DNA of 64,000 bases from the human T2T-CHM13v2.0 reference genome, Homo sapiens. A program made the position numbers and the translations under genes. Below are positions 53,352-64,000 of the stretch, one piece after another (the stretch's first letter is position 1; every line of letters begins with the position of its first letter). Where the stretch lies: NCBI RefSeq assembly GCF_009914755.1, contig NC_060926.1. The stretch is one strand, 5' to 3'. The notes below the pieces were generated by a model. It made no database searches, had not been told where the DNA came from, and worked only from the letters and a program-made list of their open reading frames with translations.

Positions 53352-55987
53352 GAGGCAGAGGCAGAGTAATATGGACAAATAGAAGCCTCCATTGATGAGA
53401 ACACCAAATTTAACCACAGTCTACACAAAAAGCACCTTCATGAGAACCAAAAATCAGGTGAGCAATTACAGTACCTGGTTTTAACTTCGTATCACTGAAG
53501 GAGGCACTGAAGAAGATATTTTTTAAAATCTTGAATTACTGACGCCATCCTTCGCACATGCCCCAGCAGTGGCTGAGGGGTGCAAAGAGAGTCTGTGCTC
53601 TTGGGAGAAGGAGAGCACAGCAATTATGGAAACTCACTGCTGCCAACACCGGGCAGAACTCAGCCCGTGCCCATGGAGGGAGCATTTAAGCGAGCCCCAG
53701 CCATAGGGGAAATACCCATCCCAGCAGTTGGAACTTGAGTTTCCATAAGCCTTGCCTCCATGCACTAATGTGCTCTGGGGCTCTAAATAAACCTGAAAGG
53801 CTATCTAGGCCACAAAGATTGCAATTCCTAGGCAAGTCCTAATGCTGTGCTGTGCTTGGAGCCAGTAGAATTGAGGGGCATGCAATCTAGTGAGACACTA
53901 GCAAGAGCAGCAAAGGGAGGGCTTACGCCATCCCTCCTCCAACCCCAAGCAGCGCAGCTCATAACTCAAGGAGAATCCTTCCTTCTACTTGAGAATAGGA
54001 TAGGGAAAAGTAAAGAGGACTTTGTCTTGCAACTTGGATACCAGCTCAGCCATGGTAAGATAGGACACCAGGCAGAGTCCTAAGTAACCCATTCCAAGCT
54101 CTAGCTCCTTCATGACACACCCTGGGCCAGAAGGGAACCTGCTGTCTTGAAGGGAAGGACCCAGTCCCAGCAGTATTCATCATCTGCTGACTAAAGAGCC
54201 CTGAATAATCAACAGTGGTACCCAGGTAGTGCACGACATGGGCCTTGGGTGAGACTGAGACATGCTGGCTTCAGGTGTGGCCCAGAACATTTTCAGCAAT
54301 AGTGGCTATGAGGAGACACCCCATCTTCTGAGAAAAGCAGAGGGAGGAGCAAAGGGGACTTTGTCTTGTGCTTAAGTACCAGCTTGGTCACAGTGGGGTA
54401 GAGCACCAAGCAGGCTCTAGGGTCCCTGATTCCAGGTCTTGGCTCTTGGACAGCATCTCTGGACCTACCCTGGGCCAGAGAGAAGCCCACTTCCCTAAAG
54501 GCTAAGTCCCAAGCCTGGCAGCATTCACCACAAGCTGACTGAAGATTCCTTGGGCCTTAAATGAACATAAGTGGTAGGCTGGCAGTACCCTCCGTGGCTC
54601 TGTTGTGGTGGTGGACATAAGGAGAGACTCTTCTGCCTTGGGAAAGGGGTAGGAAGAACAGGAAGGACTTTGGTGGTTTCAGTGCAGCTCAGGCACAGCA
54701 TAAAATAAACTACTAGGTAGATTTCTAAGGTTTCCAACTCTAGGCCCTGGCTCCCAAACAGCATCTCTGCACCTGCCCAGCACCTAAGGAAACTCACCAC
54801 CCTAAAGGGAAGGACACAGCCTGGCTGGCTTTGACAGCTGGAGATTTCAGAGCCCTAGGGCCTTGAGTAAATATAGGTGGTAGGCAAGTAATAGTTATAG
54901 AAGGCCTTGAGTGAGACCTAGTGCTATGGTGACTTCAGGTCTAACGTGGCACAGTGCCAGTGATGGTGGTGACAGAGGTGCTGGTGTCACCCCTTCTGCA
55001 GCTCCAGGCAGCTCAGCACAAAGAGAGAGACTCCATTTGTTTGAGAGGAAGCAAAGGAAAAGAACAAGAGTCTCTGCCCAGTAAACCAGATAATTATTCC
55101 AGATCTTATCCAAGACCACCAAACATACTTCTAGGAGCCTGCCAGAACCACAGCGTTGCTGGGCTTGGGGTATCCCCTAATGCAGATACAGCAGCATGAC
55201 CAAAATGTTATATCACAACACCCAAGACCCTTTGAATACCTGGAAAGCCTTCCCAAGAAGGACAGATACAAACAAGTCCAGATTGTGAAGACTGCAATAA
55301 ATACCTAACTCCTAACTCTTCAATGCCCAGAAACCAATGAATATGCACAAGCATCAAAATCATCCAGGGAAACATGGCCTCACTAAACAAACTAAATAAG
55401 ACACCAGGACCAATTCTGGTGAGAAAGAGATACGTGACCTTTCAGACAGAGAATTCAAAATTGCTGTTTTGAAGAAACTCAATGAAATTGAACATAATAG
55501 AGAGTAGGAATTCAGAATCATATCAGACAAATTTAACAAAGAGATTGAAATAATTAAAAAGAATCAAGCAAAAATTTTAGAGCTGAAAAATGCAAGTGAC
55601 ATACTGAAGAATGCCTCAGTCTCTTAATAGCAGAATTGATCAAGTAGAAGAAAAAATTAGTGAGGTTAAAAACAGGCTATTTGAAAATATACAGTCGGAG
55701 GAGACAATAAAAAAGAATGAAGTGCACCCACCAGATCTATAAAATAGCCTCAAAAGGACAAATCTATTCGTTATTGGCCTTAAAGAGGAGGTAGAGAGAG
55801 AGAGAGATAGGGGTAGAAGGTTTACTCAAAGAGATAGTAACAGAGAACATCCCAAACCTAGAGAAATATGTTAATATTTAAGTACAAGAAGGTGTAGAAC
55901 GCCATACAGATTTAACCCCAAGAAGACTACCTCAATATATGTAACAGTCAAACTCCCAAAGGTCAAGGATAAAGAAAGGATCCTAAA

Positions 55988-56018
<31 letters not shown>

Positions 56019-56987
56019 AAGAAAAAAATAATATGCAATGAAGCTCCAATATGTCTGGCAGTGGACTTTTCAATGGAAACCTGACAGTCCAGAAGAGAGT
56101 AAAATGACATATTTGAAGAAAAACACTTTTATCCTAGAATAGTATATCCAGCAAAAGTATTCTTCAAACAAGAAGGAGAAATAAAGACTTTTCCCAGAAA
56201 AACAAAAGCTGAGGGATTTCGTCAGCACCAGACATGTCCTACAAGGGAAATGTTAAAGGGAGTTCTTCAACCTGAAAGAAAAGAATGTTAATGAGCAAGA
56301 AGCAATCATCTGAAACAATTTCAGTGCTAGGTATATATGCCCAAAAAAGGAAATCAGTATATCAAAGAGCTATCTGCACTCCCATGTTTATTACAGCAGT
56401 GTTCACAATAGCCAAGATTTGGAAGCCACCCAAGTGTCAGTCAACAGATCAGTGGACACAGAAAATGTGATCCATATATACAATGGAGTATTATTCAGCC
56501 ATTAAAAAAATGACATCCTGTCATTGGCAACAACATGGATGAAAATATAGGTCATTATGTTAAGTAGAATAAGTCAGGCCCAGAACGACAAACTTTTCAT
56601 GGTCTCACTTATTTGTGGGAGCTAAAAATTAAAACAATTATACTTATAGAGATAGAGAGTAGAATGATGGTTATCAGAGGTTAGGAAGGGTAGTGGGGGG
56701 AAGAGAGGATGATTAATGGGTACAGAATCATAGTTAGAAAGAATTAATAAGACCTAGCATTTGATAGCACAACAGGATGAATATAGTCAATAATAATTTA
56801 ATTATACATTTTAAAATAACTAAGTATAATTGCATTGCTTGTAACACAAAGGATAAATGCTTGAGTTGATAGATACCTAATTTACCCAGGTGTGGCTATT
56901 ATGCATTTTATGCCTGTGTCAAAATATGCCATATACCCCATAAATATATATATCTACTGTGTACCCACAAAAATTAAAAGTAAAAAT
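53352..56987 (+). mobile_element. L1MA2/3-like (L1M1) element: 5'UTR plus decayed ORF1 joined directly to the ORF2 C-terminus and 3'UTR
   Basis: Long internally repetitive 5'UTR (53352-~55320). ORF1 remnant (GACCTTTCAGACAGAGAATTCAAAAT..TTTATCCTAGAATAGTATATCCAGC) ends in TAA at ~56291. From 56316 the sequence is the ORF2 end (CTGCACTCCCATGTTTATTACAGCA), then an L1MA 3'UTR and A-rich tail. Confidence 0.88.
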
Positions 56988-57401
56988 GAACAACCTGTGC
57001 CATATGAATAAAAATTATAGCACCTAAAATCAAAAAAGAAGGAGCCTGTCTTTTCCTGTAAATCTCTCTAGTAAGCAGAGATGGATGGACATTCAGCAAT
57101 CTCCAAAAGGCTGGTCCTCTGATCCAAACTTATTGGACATAGCTTGAGTTTTATCTCATCCAGCTTCATGGGAGAAGTTTCAAAAATTCATATCATGTTC
57201 CATATGACCTTTTTATTCAACTTCAATGTTACCTCAAGCTAGACTATGGTAAGGGGTAACAACATGGAGTACTAGCAAAGTCAGATGTTAAGGGCCTTCT
57301 GTCAGCTTTACCAGAAACTGAATGGTCCATTGTTGATAGGTCATTTGACTTCAATAGACCTAGGTTTTCTCATTAATTAAATGAGAAGGATTTGACTAGA
57401 T

Positions 57402-57600
57402 CAGGGGTTAGTAAATGACAGCCTGTGGATCCACCACCTGATTTGTAAGTAAAGTGTTATTGGAATCCAGCCATGCTATTTACGTACATATTTTCTACAG
57501 TTGCTTGCTACAATGGCACAGTTGAGTAGTTGCAACAATGACTGTATAGCCCATAAAGCCTAAAATATTTACTATCTGGCCCTTAAGAGCCAAAAAAAAA
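57402..57600. mobile_element. MER58A hAT element (end interrupted by Alu)
   Basis: CAGGGGTTAGTAAA..GTTGAGTAGTTGCAACA..AAAGCCTAAAATATTTACTATCTGGCCCTT. Confidence 0.85.
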
Positions 57601-57610
57601 AAAAAATGCA

Positions 57611-57936
<326 letters not shown>

Positions 57937-57999
57937 CTAAGTCTAAAATTATAGGATTCTAACTAATCAAAAAGAATGTGTTCATAAATAACAGTATTT

Positions 58000-58490
58000 T
58001 ATTTAAGTCAGGACTCAACCATTGCAAATTTCACATAATCTGATCCAAACGACTTAAGAAAAAAAAGTTACTGCTTATATTGACATAAGCTGAAAAGTCT
58101 ATTGGGGCTCATTTCAGGGCCCAAACAATGTCACCAGGAATGAGCTCTTAACTCTACTTTCTTTTTGATGGCTTCATCCTCAAAATCCTCAGAACTGGGC
58201 CCAGCAGTTTATATTTTTATTGTCCACAGGAAGAAAGAGAATCCAAGTCCCATAAAACTATATATACTCAGTCCCCGAATAGGGCCTTATTGACCTTGAC
58301 AAACCTGTCTTTGGTCTTGTGCCTAATGCTGAATGAATCACCATGGCGAGAAAGATGGAATGCACTGACTGGCTAGTTTACATCATGTGATACACCCTGG
58401 GACCTAGACTAGCCTCAAAGCACATGGGCCGAAAATGGGGGATCGGAGCACTCTTGCCACAAAAAAAAAGGACATTTATGCTAGGCACAA
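58000..58490 (-). mobile_element. Old MLT1K/L-like LTR
   Basis: TTAAGTCAGGACTC..CAAACAATGTCACCAGGA..AATCACCATGGC..GGAATGCACTGACTGGC. Confidence 0.5.
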
Positions 58491-58556
58491 AAGCCACACA
58501 CTTTCCCTATAATAGAATAATAATTTTTCAGGCCAGTAGAAAGTTTCTTTGAATGG

Positions 58557-58748
58557 TAGCAACAGACACTGGGAACTCCAAAAGTGGGGAGAGAGGGAAG
58601 GAGGCAAGGGTTGAAAAACTACCTATTGGGTACTATGTTCACTATTTGGGTGACGGGTTCAATTGAAGCCCCAACCTCAGCATCATGCAATACATGTAAC
58701 AATTCTGCACATGTACCCCCTGAATCTAAAATTGAAACAACAAAAAGG
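58557..58748 (+). mobile_element. Short L1PB-like 3' end
   Basis: GGTTGAAAAACTACCTATTGGGTACTATGTTCACTATTTGGGTGACGGG..; near TSD AAAGTTTCTTTGAA/AAGGTTTCTCTGAA. Confidence 0.88.
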
Positions 58749-60004
58749 AAAAGGTTTCTCTGAAATTTTGGAATTACATATAATGTACACTGGACAGGCA
58801 TTGAGAAAAAATTATTTGAAGCCACACAATTACTAGACAAAGTAAAGAATATGGAATGTTAAAATGATATTAGTAACCACACACTAAAATTTTAACCATA
58901 GGATGACTTTTTTATGAGGGCCAATGGTAGGTCAATGAAATGACAAAGCTTTGTTATTACTTCAGTCTCTTTAGTTTCAACAGGGATTCAGAAGCAAGAT
59001 TATTTAAGAAAATTAAAAATTGCACAGTAGATTTACCTCCCTCACATGTGTCTTCTCAAGAATATTTGTTGCTGCTATTTGCTTCTGAGGAATCTTGAGA
59101 CTTTTGGAAGGTGCAGATTCTAAGCAGGCCAATAAGGAGGTCCCCTGAGGAGCAGGCAATATTTGGTCTGTTGGTGAAAATTTTATCCGAAGTCGCCTCC
59201 ATATGCCAGTCATAGAGGTAAATAGCAGCTGTCAGGCCCAGGGTACAGATATAAGTAGCTTCCTCTGCTTCCTTACAACCCATGATCAAGACCAGTGATT
59301 TTTACCACAATTCACCTAATCAAAAGCTATCTCCCTCCATGTCCTTTTAGATGTACCAGTAATCAGAAGTTTTGAAATCTCCTCTCAGAGAAAGAATAGA
59401 ATATATAAAGAAACTGTGGAATCAGTGATTCCATTTTTTTTCATTTGTATCTAGAGGTCTTCCATAAAATTATGATCTCTTCTTAAACTCTACTTTTCTG
59501 TGGAAATCGTTCTATGCAGAAGAAAGAAAGAGGCAAGTGGGGAGACACCTTCTTAGATTGTCCACTCTGTGGCAGGAGCTTTACATATATAGGCTCTTTT
59601 GAGTCTCGTAACAATGGTAAGATGTATTTTATTATACCCATTTTACAGACAAGGATAATATCATGCCTGTAGTCACAGACTTCATCAACAATAAACACAT
59701 ATACTCAATTGAACAAATATATGTTCAACCCATGCATTAGCCCATGTTCATCTCATTTCAAAGGTCATGTTTCCCTTTAGTCCTCTGCCTCCCAGTGTTT
59801 CTTATCCATTTACAAATATGAAAAGTGATCCCTAACTTATCAGCTTCCTTTCTTTCCAAACCAAGTAGCTAATAGTCTTTTCAATTTTTTTTCTCCCATT
59901 ACCAATGGGAAAAGACTAAACAGGAAGTTTAAAAAAAAACGCCCTTTCCAAAAAAGCAGGTAGAAAGAAAAGAGTTTGGCAAAGCAGTTAGAACGGGGGC
60001 ATGG

Positions 60005-60150
60005 GAGCCAGACAGCCTCAGAAGAAACCAACCCTGCTGACACCTTGATCTTGGACTTCTAGCCTCCAGAACTATAAGGCAGTACATTTCTATTGTTTAA
60101 GCCCCCTAGTCTGTAGTTCTTTGTTATGGCAGCCTGAGCAAGTTAATATA
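60005..60150 (+). mobile_element. MLT1A/B 3' fragment
   Basis: GCCTCAGAAGAAACCAACCCTGCTGACACCTTGATCTTGGACTTCTAGCCTCCAGAACT. Confidence 0.85.
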
Positions 60151-61894
60151 GTCAACACCACATGAGGACCTTGGAGTGGGGTGCAGGGAAAAGGTGGTAA
60201 AGCCAAGAAAAGGGCTGAGTTCTGCAGCTCAGATGATGCACAGTACATGTGCAACAACAATGTAGCCTCTAAACAGAATTATGCCAGGAAAGCAGAGACT
60301 TGAAGCTGAAGGCAGCCAGCAGAAGTATAACCCACCCCACCCAGAATTCCTGGAGAGGCTGAGTGAAATGGTATTCCCACTGGCTCTGGAATGGGTCCAG
60401 AACCAACTTCATTTGAATCTCAGTAGTCAGAGAACCTCAGCTGATAACTGGTTAATACAAAACTGCTCTGAGCACTTTGAAGAAGTGAGGACAGCTCAGT
60501 TTTCTAGGCTGGGTAGCTCCAGGTAGCTCTTCATGTAGCCATGAGCCCTCCTTTCTACATCACCTTTTTGGTATCACAGGTGGCCAAAGAAATAAGGGGG
60601 TCATTGGCTCTGGACACTTGGCATCATTAAGATTTTGGCTAATGCCCAGGAGTTTGGGAGTCATCATGCTTCAAGAGAAAATATCATTTATGCTTTCCCA
60701 ATATGACTCAAGGGCTCTAGGGAAGGGTAGTACAAGTCTCTAAGTAATGAGGAGAGAGCAAAATACTGGGAAAAGAATATTAATTGATTGGTGGTGGATA
60801 AAAGTAACACTATATTTGTATGAGCTTTCTGCTCTAATTTACAAGATAAACTTTTTTCTCCACCACAATAAAATTCACAAACAACAGAGACATCTGTTTA
60901 TTGGTCTCCTGTCTCCTATTTGTATTCATCAGGCATCTGGGTGGGGTGGTGGGAACTTCTAATTACTCTCCTCCTCCTCTGACTGAACACCTGATTCCAG
61001 TTTCCTTGTTGTACCCAGAGGGGCCCCTTACTGAACTGTAACTAAAATCAGTTTCCTTGGGTGGTTTTGAGTACTAATGATATACCCCATTTGCAGACAG
61101 AATCCCTTGGTGGTGAATGGCAAGCCTGGATGACCTGCCCCTGTCCCCTGCCAAGTATGCAAGCCAAGGAACTAGAGAAGGGAGCTATAGGGGAAGGTTT
61201 TCACACCTACAAGCTCAAGTTATCAGGTCCCCAAGGACCAGAGAGTGACAGATGGAGGGATTTTTATGACATGCCCTGAAGTACAATAAAGTCCTATCAA
61301 ACACACACTTAAAGAGAACACTGCCTTCTCTTGGATGGTTGCTGTCACTTCTCACTCCAGGAGGCTGTTTCCATGCAATTTGCTGCCATTCTACCTTATT
61401 GTCAAATAACCAAGACAGTAAGTCCAGAAAAGCACTATGGGACTCATGTGACTGAGCTGAAAATTCAAGAAAAGTACTCAAATGTATAGCAGAGGAGTAA
61501 GTGTCTGGAACTCATCTCTACTGCTAATTTTGTCTTTCTTTTAAAAATTTTAAAACTGTTCACTTTAACCCTCTATCTAAAGATGTAAAGTTTTTGTGGC
61601 AGATTTCAGTACCAAATGTACATAGTAACAGGTTGCAGTAGTGTACTTGTGTCTTCCATAGCCTACCGCCCTGTAGCTCTACCCCTTCCGAACAATCCTG
61701 GGCCATTTTCTCTAACACAACCATAGCTGAAATCGAAGAAGAATACAAAACTTCAGAATACACATTTTCTACATGCAAAGCTGGAGATGTTTGTGGGCTG
61801 CTAACATTTGGCTCAAACAGAGAGTTTCGTCTCAAAGATGCTAATGGGCTCCTTATCCAGTTAGGCCATAACGAAATGGTAGTTGAAACATCAC

Positions 61895-62070
61895 GGTATT
61901 CAGAACTAAACAGGCCTGAGTCTCAATGCTGACTCTCACTAGCTTTCTACCTGATGACCCATGGTATAATCACTCAACCTCTCTGAGCCTCAGTTTCTCT
62001 TTTATTAAAATGGAAATCATTAAACATAGCTTGTAGACTCTGTACTTAGTAAGTATTCAGTAAACAATAG
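61895..62070 (+). mobile_element. MIR
   Basis: CACTCAACCTCTCTGAGCCTCAGTTTCTCTTTT. Confidence 0.7.
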
Positions 62071-62110
62071 ATTTTCTTTAATTTTGTTTTGTTGTTGCTG
62101 CTACTGCTTC

Positions 62111-62599
62111 TGTTGAAACAGAACCGAAGGAAGGATAGAATCCCAGTAATGAGAAAATATTTCTTGAAGAACTTCATTATTGAAAGTAAAAAGAACACAT
62201 TCTTGCACAAAATAAAGAAGTCCTGTCTGGTCTCTGCCAGGCCCAGATATCCCACTTTGCCCTCTGGAGTTAAGATACAGCTATCATAAGATAGCCCAGA
62301 AAAGGTAGAAAAGCCCTTCCAATTCTGCCCAGCTTGAAAATTCCCCAGATGCATAAAAATGGACAGTGGACAAATTAAAGACTACCAAAGGTACTGAAAG
62401 ACCAATCAGAAACCATTCCAACTGAGTGAGCAATCAGAGACTGTCTCAAGACTTCCTCTTTTCAGTCTATAAAACCTTTCTAGCCCCTTCAAACTTCTGC
62501 TGAAATGAAGGTGACAGTAGATGTTTCTCTTGCAGCTGCAAGATTGTGAATACACAGCATTTACTAATTTGGTCTCAGTCTTGTTTTTTGGCTTTAACA
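62111..62599 (+). mobile_element. Probable old ERV1-class solo LTR (subfamily uncertain)
   Basis: TGTT...TTAACA termini; CCAATCAG boxes followed by CTATAAAA. Confidence 0.4.
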
Positions 62600-63536
62600 G
62601 TGTGATAACACATCATTTCACCATAAGTCATTAATGCATCACCCAGGGTTTGTTATCAGAGGATAGGTAGGTCTGGAAGGGAAGTGTCACAGGACACGTA
62701 TGCTTGGACAGGATCTGGTGTGAGCCAAGAAGGAGAGTGTGGGGTGCCTCCTGCAAGAAGAGCAATCTGGGGCAGCCAACATGCACCAGATGGGTGCTGG
62801 GTTTCTGGAGTGAAGAAACAGATGAAGCTGAATGGGAGGAGGTGTTTTTAAAGAAAGTGAAAAAATGCTAAAGTCAGATTTTATCTAAGTCACACTTGTT
62901 TGCAGTGACTGGCATGAGAGACCTGTTTTGAAAACATTGTGGTTGAGCTAAACATATCACCTGTTCTCAGGTGTAGAGCGTATAGATTTGCTCTGCTGGA
63001 CTTGGATACAAGAAGCCACACATTTTTTTGTTTTCATGTTGGATGTAACTTGGTGAGACACTTGATATCACAGATATACACACAGAAGTCCTAGGGAGGG
63101 GAAAATTGCTTACATAAACCAGTGTGTTTAAGGGAGGGACCAGTGTTCTGACATCCCTATTAGTTCCTGCTAAGATGCTCAGTGACCAGTTTGGCAAGGC
63201 CCATTTAGAAGGTAGAATGTTCCTCGACCTGTGCCAAGCTGGACCTCAGAGAACTTTTGCCAAGACTTCCAAGTAGGTTTGTTCTTCCTTGGTTCAGTGA
63301 CACCACCATTCCATCCAGCATGCTGTGAACAAGTAGACCTCAGGTTTCCACTTCTTGCGGAGCCCACTCCCAATCCCTTCCCTGGTCATAGGGAAAACAT
63401 CCTGAGTTTCTGAAGAGAAGAGTCTCAAGCCAGTGCTGCCTCCCCAACTCCCATGAAGAGCCCATCTCCCCATCTCTTAGATGAGCTTCCACCTCCCAAA
63501 TAATATCTAGGTAGGGCCACATGGACACTTGGCTAC

Positions 63537-63950
63537 TGACATAGTTTGGATATTTGTGCCTGCCCATGAAATGTAAACCCCAGTGGTGAAGTTGGGGCCT
63601 GGTGGGAGGTGTTTGGATCATGGTGGGCAGATCCCTCATGAATGGCTCGGTCCATCCCCTTGGTGATAAATGGGTTCTTGCTCTGAGTTCACACAAGTTC
63701 TGGTCATTTAAAAGTGTGCGGCACCTCCCTCCCTACTCTCTCTCACTTGCTCCTACTTTGACCATGTGACGTGCCTTTTCCCCTTCACCTCCCATCATGA
63801 GTAAAAGCTTCCTGAGTCCTACCCAGAAGGAGATGTCAGCACTATGTTTCCTGTACAGCCCGCAGAACTGTGAGCCAATCAAACCTCTTTTCTTATAAAT
63901 TACTCAGTCTTGGATATTTCTTCATAGCAATGCAAGAATGGCCTGATACA
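63537..63950 (+). mobile_element. MSTB-like MaLR solo LTR
   Basis: TGACATAGTTTGGAT..CCTGTACAGCCCGCAGAACTGTGAGCCAAT..CTGATACA; perfect TSD GCTAC at 63532-63536 and 63951-63955. Confidence 0.92.
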
Positions 63951-64000
63951 GCTACCTTCGTACATTGAGGCCAGGAAAAAACACTCTCAGCCTTTTAAGT

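Noticed and set aside
53950-54900. Repeated ~300-bp units (GGACTTTGTCTTG, CCTGGGCCAGA)
   Set aside because: They are intrinsic internal repeats of the L1M1-type 5'UTR.
61642-61932. Stop-free + strand frame (..WAIFSNTTIAEIEEEYKTSEY..) with an upstream acceptor-like site
   Set aside because: It matches no protein I recognise, the donor is weak, it runs into a MIR, and ~100-codon frames are common by chance here.

Overview
This is primate (human-like) non-coding genomic DNA, either intergenic or deep intronic. It is AT-rich, CpG-depleted and dominated by interspersed repeats: Alu, MIR, L1, L2, L3, MaLR/ERV solo LTRs, and hAT and Tigger DNA transposons. I can support no protein-coding gene, RNA gene or CpG island. 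The only recognisable protein-like ORFs are decayed Tigger1 transposase and L1 ORF2. I found no new biological system. The most noteworthy items are: (1) an L1MA-type element that keeps its 5'UTR, ORF1 and 3' end but lacks nearly all of ORF2, at a junction compatible with GT-AG splicing; (2) local templated copies, namely 68 bp of flank copied into a near full-length Tigger1 (carrying an RFX X-box) and a 201-bp direct repeat 2.3 kb apart; (3) several hairpin and tandem repair scars; and (4) a few candidate regulatory elements. Repeat subfamily names come from my memory of consensus sequences, and boundaries of old repeats are approximate.
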